A stretch of DNA of 61,470 nt, taken from the NCBI GenBank assembly GCA_020632235.1, contig JACKFY010000003.1, forward strand, positions 160,139 to 221,608, given 5' to 3'. Below the pieces are notes generated by a model. The model did not search any database and was not told the DNA's origin. It saw only the letters and a program-made list of their open reading frames with translations. The position numbers and the translations under genes are program-made. The stretch's first letter is position 1. The number at the start of each line of letters is the position of its first letter. Positions 19,670 through 27,408 of this stretch are shown one piece after another. This stretch comes from Pseudomonadales bacterium. Its GTDB lineage: Bacteria > Patescibacteriota > Microgenomatia > UBA1400 > PJMF01.

Positions 19670-19963
19670 TTAGGTTAATAATCCGCAAATCAGCCCACCA
19701 ATTAACCCCAATGCCATTATTGGTTTAAATGCCTTCGTTATCAAAGCATCTGGAAAACTCATTACTCCGCCAATTATTAATCCCTTCAACCAACCCTGTA
19801 TTGGCAAGTCAATGTTGAAAATAATAAACCCAATAGAAAACCTATTTACAAATGAAGCAATAATTGCTTTTTGCTTATCTTCAAATTCCATAAAGAACAT
19901 TGGTATTATTGAGGTAATTCCAAAAATTGTCCCAGCAATCAAACCTTTGATAATATTATTCAT
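19670..19963 (-). CDS. Cassette 3 gene 2: small membrane protein of unknown function
   Basis: 97 aa, about 4 Gly-rich TM segments; ends just before R'' of attC3. Confidence 0.75.
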   Translation of the reverse strand: MNNIIKGLIAGTIFGITSIIPMFFMEFEDKQKAIIASFVNRFSIGFIIFNIDLPIQGWLKGLIIGGVMSFPDALITKAFKPIMALGLIGGLICGLLT

Positions 19964-19967
19964 ATTT

Positions 19968-20312
19968 TCAACTTTTTAATTCGTAGGCAGATTTAGCCAA
20001 CTTATCAATTCTTTGTCAACATCATTAAGTTTTTCCAATTTAACTATATGCTTAAATCTGTTAGCAGATATTTTTTCAATTTTTTGTATTCTTTCACTCT
20101 CAATTTCAAAGTTTGTGTGAATTTTCAACAAGAGGTAGTTTTTCCGTGAGTAAACTCCAGCAAATCCCGATTTACTGTCCAAATGAATGCTTGACTTTTT
20201 AGGTAATTGAGTTACTGTTCCAAATTTTTTCGCATTCGGTTATTAGTTTCTCGTAGATTTTGGAAACTATTGGTTCTTTATTTATCAAGTGGTCATTAAC
20301 CGTATATTCCAT
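19968..20312 (-). pseudogene. Cassette 3 gene 1: DUF5655-like protein, two homopolymer frameshifts
   Basis: Reconstructed MEYTVNDHLINKEPIVSKIYEKL..PKKSSIHL..FAGVYSRK..HIVKLEKLNDVDKELISWLKSAY. Confidence 0.7.
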
Positions 20313-20331
20313 TTGTTTGTTTTTTCGTAAT

Positions 20332-20467
20332 GCTACCTAACGTTTTGAATATGGTGCGTTTGGCATTTTGAAACACGTCATTTTCAAACTACTATTATTT
20401 TTTATTAATTGCTATAAACTTCATTTTTTGCACTTTCTGCCAAATGCACTATATTTTTGTTAGCTGC
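20332..20467 (-). repeat. attC-like site 2
   Basis: R'' GCAGCTAAC (20467-20459), R' GTTAGGTAGC (20341-20332); arms ATATAGTGCATTTGGCA / ATATGGTGCGTTTGGCA, 15/17. Confidence 0.9.
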
Positions 20468-20472
20468 AGGTA

Positions 20473-21049
20473 TTACTTTAATTCTCTTCCTAATTTTTCA
20501 ACTTTGTTAACCAACTTTTTCTTTTTGTACATCTGTTGAACTTTTAACAGGTCCAAAAGTTGTTATTTTCACGGGTTTAATGCCAACAAAAACTCCAAAA
20601 TCGACTTTTTCATTGAATTATGTCCAGGCTTTTATAAATCAATGAATAATACCAATTTGGTGTGTCAGTCGTTACAATTAATCTTGCAGTTTTTCAGTTA
20701 ATAGTTTTTGAGAACGGTGATTTCTCTTGGTATTCAAAAGCAAATCCAGGCAGAAACAATCTCATCAAAAATCTTTTAACAACGCAGGATAAGTCCCCCA
20801 CCAATTGGGATAAACGAAAACCAAATGATCAGCTTTTGTTATTAAATCCCATACTTTTTGTAAGTCTGGTTCCAAATCTGTTCGTTTTCTGTACCCATAT
20901 TTTAATACAGGCGAAAATTCTAAATCTGTGAGGTTAATAATTTCACATTCTGTTTCGGACTTATCTACTCCTGTTTTGTATTTTTCTGCCAATGAAGTGC
21001 AAAAACTCTCTTTGTCAGGATGTCCATTAATTATCAATATTCGTTTCAT
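20473..21049 (-). pseudogene. Cassette 2: NAD(P)H:quinone oxidoreductase (flavodoxin_2/MdaB-like), several frameshifts
   Basis: ILIINGHP, ADHLVFVYPNWWGTYPALLK; the downstream LFLPGFAF, KTARLIVTTDTP and GIKPVKIT segments lie in shifted frames. Confidence 0.85.
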
Positions 21050-21078
21050 ACTTACTGTCCTTTATATTGGTTTTACTT

Positions 21079-21223
21079 GCAGCTAACGTTTGCGTGTATG
21101 AGAAGTTTCGCACACAACCTTAATTTTATCAATTAAATGTGCGAAATTTGGGAGAAAGAAAAAGTGCAACCTTTGAAAATTACTAACGCACTTTTTCTTG
21201 AACCTTATACACGCTGTTATATG
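21079..21223 (-). repeat. attC-like site 1
   Basis: R'' CATATAAC (21223-21216), R' GTTAGCTGC (21087-21079); arms GCGTGTATAAG / GCGTGTATGAG. Confidence 0.88.
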
Positions 21224-21243
21224 ACGTATTGCTCAGACCCCTA

Positions 21244-21840
21244 TTAGTAGAGATTAAATTTGTCTAAATGATCTCTAATTCTAAAAAATATTTTTTTGTG
21301 ACCTTCTGAAGTCGGATGTAAGCCATCGTCTAAATCAGTTTCATTAATTACATCAAAGGTTGGAATAAAATGGACGTTTTGTTGGGATGAAATTTTTGCA
21401 ATTGCTTCATCGTATTTTTTTAGCGTTTCGTTCTTGTAGTACTTTTTCTTGTCACGGAGGTAAACAGCGTTGATTTTTTCCTCATCAACTTTTGTTAAAC
21501 CAACTAAAATAATATGAGAAGTGTAGGATCTGGCCATATCAACAAGCTCTTCAAAATTTTTGATTGTATCTTCGAGATTGACTCTATATTTCTTCTCATC
21601 AGTAAAATACTGTGAATCGTTGCCGGCAATTGCAAAAATTATTATTTCGGGTTTACGTGGCTTACATTCGTTATTAAACCTTTGAAGCAGGTCATTAGTA
21701 TCGTCTCCAGAAATACCAAGGTTAAAAATAAAAATGCCTTTTCCAAGAAGATATCTCTTTAGAAGGTCACACCAGCCGCCTTCTTTAAAGTCGTTCATGC
21801 CGCTGGTAATACTGGCTCCAAATACACAGGCTTTCTTCAT
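21244..21840 (-). CDS. Cassette 1: SGNH/GDSL hydrolase
   Basis: Block I FGASIT, block II NLGISG, block III GND, block V DGLHP; intact. Confidence 0.9.
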   Translation of the reverse strand: MKKACVFGASITSGMNDFKEGGWCDLLKRYLLGKGIFIFNLGISGDDTNDLLQRFNNECKPRKPEIIIFAIAGNDSQYFTDEKKYRVNLEDTIKNFEELVDMARSYTSHIILVGLTKVDEEKINAVYLRDKKKYYKNETLKKYDEAIAKISSQQNVHFIPTFDVINETDLDDGLHPTSEGHKKIFFRIRDHLDKFNLY

Positions 21841-21904
21841 AAAAAATATTTTTTAGAATTGTTTGTAAGATAAACTTTCATTTACGGTTGTCTGAGCAAT
21901 ATTT

Positions 21905-21966
21905 CATATAACACTTGTCTATACGAACCTTTTGTAACTAAAAGTTAGTATAGACAAGATATCAAC
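21905..21966 (-). other. attI-like primary recombination site with adjacent hairpin
   Basis: Core GTTATATG (21912-21905) matches R'' of attC1; no inverse core upstream; perfect 11-bp inverted repeat at 21914-21924 / 21948-21958. Confidence 0.7.
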
Positions 21967-21988
21967 AGTATGATAGTGTTTTATTACC

Positions 21989-22831
21989 ATGGTAAAAACG
22001 GATATTACGAACTTTAGGAAGAAGATGAAGATTCAGCGGTACTCCCCTCGTACCGTCAAAATATACTGCTCGCATGTTGCGCAGTTTTTCGCACATAGAC
22101 AACTGCAACCGAATCAAGTCACAAAAATAAATATCGAAGAGTATGTAGCGTTTTGCATTGACCAGAAAAACATCGCGTTTTCAACCCAAAAAGGCATCGT
22201 GGGTGCAATCAAGCTCTTTTACACATTATGCTATAACAGAAACCTGCACATCGACTACATCTACCCCAAACGAAAAGAGTATAAGATGCCCACAGTACTC
22301 TCACAAAATGAAGTAGCCCTACTACTCAACGCGCCCACAAATCTCAAACATAAGACAATCTTAAGCCTTATATACAGCTGCGGACTCAGGCTCTCGGAGG
22401 TTGTCAATCTCAAAATAGCAGATATCGACTCAGCTCGCATGCTGATTCACATACGGGCAAGTAAAAATAACCGCGACAGAGACGTGATGCTCTCGCCCAA
22501 AATTCTCACACTGCTCAGAAGTTACTTTGCAGAGTACAAACCGACGGTTTATTTGTTTGAGGGGCAAAAAAGAGGCAAGTACTCCACTCGCTCTGTGCAA
22601 AAAGTTTTCAAAATAGCACTCGCAAATTCAGGCATCCAAAAGAGCGCGAGCGTGCATACTCTTCGTCATTCTTTTGCAACACATATGATAGAAAACGGCA
22701 TAGATGTACGCGTTGTCCAAGAGCTGCTCGGGCACAAAAATATCCAGACTACCCAACTCTACACGCACATCACTACCCACATGAAATCAAAGATAAAAAG
22801 TCCCTTTGACACGTTGCTTGCCTCAACTTAA
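21989..22831 (+). CDS. Tyrosine recombinase, integron-integrase-like (short form)
   Basis: N-terminal SAM-like region (YSPRTVKIY); catalytic R (YSCGLRLSE), K (SKNNRDR), HTLRH, LLGH, TTQLY; divergent from the cassette array. Confidence 0.92.
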   Translation: MVKTDITNFRKKMKIQRYSPRTVKIYCSHVAQFFAHRQLQPNQVTKINIEEYVAFCIDQKNIAFSTQKGIVGAIKLFYTLCYNRNLHIDYIYPKRKEYKMPTVLSQNEVALLLNAPTNLKHKTILSLIYSCGLRLSEVVNLKIADIDSARMLIHIRASKNNRDRDVMLSPKILTLLRSYFAEYKPTVYLFEGQKRGKYSTRSVQKVFKIALANSGIQKSASVHTLRHSFATHMIENGIDVRVVQELLGHKNIQTTQLYTHITTHMKSKIKSPFDTLLAST

Positions 22832-23229
22832 CCCACTCTCCCACCCGCCCGCACCGCCAACTCATCAGCCTTTAGCAGCTCTTTGAGCTCATCGAGTGTT
22901 TTTACATCCTTTGGCGGCCGGATAAACCTATCAATAGTAAACTGCACCTCTTTGCCATATACCTCACCGTCAAAATCAAGGACGTAAACTTCAAGCACCT
23001 GGGTCGTCTCCCCCAGCACGTAGCGAGGGCCGTAGTAGAGTCCCCCTACATACTCTTGTCCTTCCAAGATTAGTTGAGAAGTATAGACTCCCGGCTTTGT
23101 ACTGCGGGGAATGCTATGAGCATCAAGGTTAAGCGTGGGGTACCCAATGGTTCTACCCAACTTCTGCCCAGCAAACACGTGGCTGCTGTACCACACTACG
23201 TGCTTCTCCTCCTGATCTGCACCCGCCAT
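22828..23229 (-). CDS. Stand-alone riboflavin kinase (RibF C-terminal domain only)
   Basis: GQKLGRTIGYPTLN, GVY, LEVYVLDFDGEVYG, FIRP; no FAD-synthetase domain. Confidence 0.88.
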   Translation of the reverse strand: MAGADQEEKHVVWYSSHVFAGQKLGRTIGYPTLNLDAHSIPRSTKPGVYTSQLILEGQEYVGGLYYGPRYVLGETTQVLEVYVLDFDGEVYGKEVQFTIDRFIRPPKDVKTLDELKELLKADELAVRAGGRVG

Positions 23230-24107
23230 AAACTGAAAAATACTAAGCCTGCACCAAGAAACTGAGTGTTGGTGAGTGTTTTATCAAAATACATATAGTC
23301 TATAGCCACTGCTGAAACTGGCCACAGTAACTCAAACAGCGTTGCTACTCGCGCAGGCGTATGCTTGAGCCCTGTGTAGTAAATAAGCAAGCCCACCATG
23401 CCAGCTGAAAGAGCTATAAGTAAGATGGCCTGCATCTGGACAGCAGTTACACTGAGAAGTTCTGGTGTTTTGCCCAACAGCACAACAAGAATACCTGCCA
23501 TCACGGTAGTCAGTCCAAAGCGCATCACTGTCGAGGTAAGCGCTGAGGTGGTGTTAAGCACCATCTTACTAATTACCGTTGAGGAGCCCCAACACGCGGC
23601 TGCACCCAGTGCCATCAGTGCTGCTAGAAGCGTTGCAGTATTTCCCTGTGTGTTGAGAGTGAGAGTAGGAAATGAAAGCAAGTACGCACCTATCAGAGCC
23701 AGCACCAGCCATACATAAAACTGCTTGTTCACCTGCTCTTTGAGCATAAATCGAGCCAAGACAACGACAAACAGCGGCTGGAGCTGTTGGAGTAACACCA
23801 CTACCGAGTACTGAATGTACTCCACTTTGCCAAGTGCCGCCGTGTAGAGAACTGTGCCCAGAAGCCCAGAGAAAAAAGCAACAACGGTCATTGTCATCCA
23901 GTTTTTTCTTGAAACTGTCTTGATTTCTGAAAGCCAACGAGGAGCTGTAAGGAGCAACAGTGTAAGGCCAAACAGATGCTCTAAAAACACTAATACCAGA
24001 GGTGATAGAGTGTACAACTCACGACGGAGCACATCATCAAAACTCCATACAATGGCCGCACACGCAACAAGAAAAGGGGCAACTGTTTGTATGCGGGTGG
24101 CATTCAT
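23196..24107 (-). CDS. EamA/DMT family transporter (possible riboflavin importer)
   Basis: 10-TM duplicated EamA pattern (LQPLFVVVLARFMLKE; ELLWPVSAV); overlaps the riboflavin kinase start. Confidence 0.85.
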   Translation of the reverse strand: MNATRIQTVAPFLVACAAIVWSFDDVLRRELYTLSPLVLVFLEHLFGLTLLLLTAPRWLSEIKTVSRKNWMTMTVVAFFSGLLGTVLYTAALGKVEYIQYSVVVLLQQLQPLFVVVLARFMLKEQVNKQFYVWLVLALIGAYLLSFPTLTLNTQGNTATLLAALMALGAAACWGSSTVISKMVLNTTSALTSTVMRFGLTTVMAGILVVLLGKTPELLSVTAVQMQAILLIALSAGMVGLLIYYTGLKHTPARVATLFELLWPVSAVAIDYMYFDKTLTNTQFLGAGLVFFSLWRVQIRRRST

Positions 24108-24207
24108 ATGTACCTAGTTTCGTATTGATTAGAAAAAGGCAGAGCGCTACACTAGCCTTCACGAGCAGACACGGTAGTGTAGCATACTTGAAAGAAAGAA
24201 AGCGTAT

Positions 24208-25500
24208 ATGCAGATAGTGATCATTGGTACAGGGTTTGTGGGCGTAGTAAGTGCGGCAGTGTACGCCTCGTTTGGACACACGGTGTACGGGCTTGACATA
24301 GATGAGCACAAAATCACTTCTCTAAAACAATCGAAGGTTCCCTTTTTTGAACCAGGGCTTTCAGAGTTATTGACGCAGCAACAAGAAAATGGCAACCTTC
24401 ATTTTACAACAAGTTATAAAGAGGCTATTACAGATGCTGATGTTGTGATTATTGCTGTCGGCACACCCTCAAGACCCGATGGCAGCGCCAACCTATCGTA
24501 TATCTATGCAGCTGGTGAAAGTATGGCGCCTTACTTGAAAGAAAACGCTGTAGTAGTCATCAAGTCAACGGTGCCACCTGGCACCATGGATGGTGTTACC
24601 CAAACAATCAAAGAGCACACCAGCACGCCACTCCATTTTGCCTCACTGCCAGAATTTTTGAAAGAAGGCAGCGCTGTTGCTGATACCCTCAAGCCAGACC
24701 GAGTGGTGATCGGTAGTAGTAGCGAGCATGCCAAAAAACTCTTGAGCGAACTACATGAGCCACTCGGCGCACCCATCGTCCACACCAGTATCGAGTCTGC
24801 CCAGATGTCAAAGTACGCTGCCAACGCCTACCTTGCCTCACGCATCAACTTTATCAATGAAATAGCCAATTTATGTGAAATAAACGGGGCTCATGTACAA
24901 GAAGTAATCAACGCTATGGGCTACGACAAACGGATCGGCCATCACTACTGGTACCCAGGCCTCGGCTTTGGCGGCTCATGCTTCCCCAAAGATGTAGCAG
25001 AGTTGGCGTCGTACTCAAAAGAGCATAGCTTGGACGCCAACCTTTTTGTATACCTTGATGCAGCTAACACACAGCGCATCCAGATAAAATGGAGAGAGTA
25101 CACACAGCTGCTTGACGGATGGCAAGGAAAAACAGTCGCCGTGCTCGGGCTGGCGTTCAAGCCTAATACCGACGACATGCGCGTTGCCCCCAGCCTAGTG
25201 TTTGTACCACAGCTCCTTGAGGCTGGCGCACTGGTTCGTGCATATGACCCCAAGGCAACCCCTACGGCAAAACAACTATTTGAAGAACATGAGCGACTCA
25301 TCTATGCAGACACCATCACGCAGGCAATCACCGATGCAGACATCATCATTCTCCTAACTGAGTGGGACGAGATCGTGCAGTTTGATTTCTCAAAACACAC
25401 AGAGAAAGAAAAACAACAGTGGATCATTGACACTCGAAATAGACTGAACAAAGCAACGTTAGAACAAGCAGGATACCACTATGTCAGCATTGGATCATAA
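24208..25500 (+). CDS. ugd: UDP-glucose 6-dehydrogenase
   Basis: IGTGFVG, AVGTP, KSTVPPG, PEFLKEG, GFGGSCFPKD, GLAFKPNTDDMR. Confidence 0.95.
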   Translation: MQIVIIGTGFVGVVSAAVYASFGHTVYGLDIDEHKITSLKQSKVPFFEPGLSELLTQQQENGNLHFTTSYKEAITDADVVIIAVGTPSRPDGSANLSYIYAAGESMAPYLKENAVVVIKSTVPPGTMDGVTQTIKEHTSTPLHFASLPEFLKEGSAVADTLKPDRVVIGSSSEHAKKLLSELHEPLGAPIVHTSIESAQMSKYAANAYLASRINFINEIANLCEINGAHVQEVINAMGYDKRIGHHYWYPGLGFGGSCFPKDVAELASYSKEHSLDANLFVYLDAANTQRIQIKWREYTQLLDGWQGKTVAVLGLAFKPNTDDMRVAPSLVFVPQLLEAGALVRAYDPKATPTAKQLFEEHERLIYADTITQAITDADIIILLTEWDEIVQFDFSKHTEKEKQQWIIDTRNRLNKATLEQAGYHYVSIGS

Positions 25501-26437
25501 CGCACCGATCTTACTTACAGGTGGCACGGGATTTGCCGGCTCTCATCTCTATGATCTGCTCGTAGAGCGCGGTTACACCAATCTTCACCTCACCAGCCTC
25601 ACTGGCAGCCATACAGCACGATTCCCTCAGGCTACAGTACACGCGCTTGATCTCACCAACACGGAAGCTACATGCACTCTTTTCAAACAAGTACACCCAA
25701 CAGCCATTGTGCACTTGGCGTCTATTCCCACCACTCACGACCCGAGCCTGCCCAAGCTCTACACCCTGCATCAAAATATCGCTGTGCAAGACTCGGTGCT
25801 TGAAGCAATGCGACTACATACCCCTACTGCTCGACTCTTGGCTATTACCTCGGCAGAGGTCTACGGCCACCACAACCAAGGCAACACACCACTCACAGAA
25901 ACAACCCCATTTACCCCAGCCAATGAGTACGCTGTTTCAAAAGTCTATCAAGATGCGCTGTCGTGTCAGTACGCTACAGAGCACAACCTAGACATTGTCA
26001 GGGTACGCCCCTTTAATCACGTCGGGCCGCGGCAGACTCCCCATTTTGTCGTTGCCTCCTTTGCCAAGCAAATTGTTCAGATTGAGAATGGTGCGCAAGA
26101 GACACTACAAGTAGGAAATCTCGATGCTGTACGCGACTTTACCGATGTGCGCGACGTGGTGCGCGCCTATCTTGTGTTACTAGAAAATGGAGTGTCTGGC
26201 GACGTCTACAACGTAGGGAGTGGTGTGGGCATCTCTATTACTTCTCTTTTGGACATACTGCGCGAACACTCTCGGGCTGAGATCAGTGTTGTACAAGATA
26301 AAGCACGATTGCGCCCCAGTGATAATCCCGTTATGATTGCAGATGTGACGAAACTAACAACACTTGGGTGGCAACCAACACTACCACTCAAAACAACCGT
26401 ACTCGATATACTTGCCTACTGGAGGGAACAACTATGA
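25481..26437 (+). CDS. GDP-4-keto-6-deoxy-D-mannose reductase (Rmd/Tld-like SDR)
   Basis: [48 protein letters not shown]; directly upstream of gmd. Confidence 0.75.
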   Translation: MSALDHNAPILLTGGTGFAGSHLYDLLVERGYTNLHLTSLTGSHTARFPQATVHALDLTNTEATCTLFKQVHPTAIVHLASIPTTHDPSLPKLYTLHQNIAVQDSVLEAMRLHTPTARLLAITSAEVYGHHNQGNTPLTETTPFTPANEYAVSKVYQDALSCQYATEHNLDIVRVRPFNHVGPRQTPHFVVASFAKQIVQIENGAQETLQVGNLDAVRDFTDVRDVVRAYLVLLENGVSGDVYNVGSGVGISITSLLDILREHSRAEISVVQDKARLRPSDNPVMIADVTKLTTLGWQPTLPLKTTVLDILAYWREQL

Positions 26438-27408
26438 AGAAAGCATTTATCACCGGCATTACTGGTCAAGACGGCTCGTACCTGGCAGAGTTCTTACTTG
26501 AAAAAAAGTACCAGGTATACGGCTTGACACGAAGAACAAGTACTCAAAATTACGAGCGTATCGCTGGTATTGTTGACAACCCCAACTTGACACTTGTCTC
26601 GGGGGACTTGAGTGACCAACACTCGCTGACACACGCGCTCAAAGAGATTCAGCCAGATGAAGTCTACAACCTTGCTGCCCAGTCATTTGTCAAAGCTAGT
26701 TGGGATCAGCCCGTACTAACGGGCGACTTTACTGGACTGGGAGTTACGAGAATGCTTGAGGCTGTCAAACTCGCCGTACCTCACGCCAAGTTTTACCAAG
26801 CCAGCTCCAGCGAGATGTTTGGCAAAGTCCAGGCAGTACCCCAAACTGAGAGCACTCCATTTTACCCTCGATCGCCCTATGGAGTTGCCAAGGTCTACGG
26901 TCACTGGATCACCATCAACTATAGAGAGTCCTACGATATGTTTGCTATTTCTGGTATTTTGTTTAATCACGAGTCTCCTCGCAGAGGGCTTGAGTTTGTA
27001 ACCAGAAAAATTGCCAACGCCGTGGCGCGTATCGTAGTGGGAAAACAAACCCATGTTGAGCTAGGCAACCTTGATGCACAACGTGACTGGGGTTACGCCA
27101 AAGACTATGTCGAGGCTATGTGGCTGATGCTGCAACAAGAAAATCCAGAAGACTACGTCATTGCAACAGGAGAAACCCACTCAGTACGAGAGTTTTTACA
27201 GCTCTCTTGCGCGGCAGCCGGCATATCAGATTGGGAGTCAGTTTACAAACACAACAAGCAGTACGACCGCCCAGCAGAAGTTGATCTATTGATTGGCGAT
27301 CCATCAAAAGCGCACAAAAATCTTGGGTGGAAACCAAGCGTGACGTTTGAAGAGCTGGTTTCACTGATGGTACAAGCCGAGATAGAAAAAGAACAACACA
27401 CTGCATGA
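26434..27408 (+). CDS. gmd: GDP-mannose 4,6-dehydratase
   Basis: [54 protein letters not shown]; start 26434. Confidence 0.97.
   Translation: MKKAFITGITGQDGSYLAEFLLEKKYQVYGLTRRTSTQNYERIAGIVDNPNLTLVSGDLSDQHSLTHALKEIQPDEVYNLAAQSFVKASWDQPVLTGDFTGLGVTRMLEAVKLAVPHAKFYQASSSEMFGKVQAVPQTESTPFYPRSPYGVAKVYGHWITINYRESYDMFAISGILFNHESPRRGLEFVTRKIANAVARIVVGKQTHVELGNLDAQRDWGYAKDYVEAMWLMLQQENPEDYVIATGETHSVREFLQLSCAAAGISDWESVYKHNKQYDRPAEVDLLIGDPSKAHKNLGWKPSVTFEELVSLMVQAEIEKEQHTA

Larger units (their letters stand above)
16828..22831. mobile_element. Integron-like platform: tyrosine recombinase, attI-like site and six gene cassettes (minus strand)
   Basis: Five attC-like hairpins; each complete cassette's upstream core (GTTATATG, GTTAGCTGC, GTTAGGTAGC, GTTATGGGC, GTTATGGGC) is the exact reverse complement of its own downstream inverse core; ORFs co-oriented away from a divergent recombinase; AT-rich. 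Confidence 0.88.

Noticed and set aside
17403-21223. Repeats read as a CRISPR array
   Set aside because: The units are divergent 73-145 bp hairpins separated by whole genes; there are no constant repeats, short spacers or cas genes.
21989-22831. Recombinase as chromosomal XerC/XerD or a prophage integrase
   Set aside because: No phage genes, no attL/attR at a tRNA and no dif site were seen, and it sits divergent from a cassette array with a matching core. A phylogeny is still needed to exclude a Xer origin.
24108-24207. FMN riboswitch upstream of the EamA-kinase pair
   Set aside because: The intergenic region is only about 100 nt, is shared with divergent ugd, and shows no RFN consensus.
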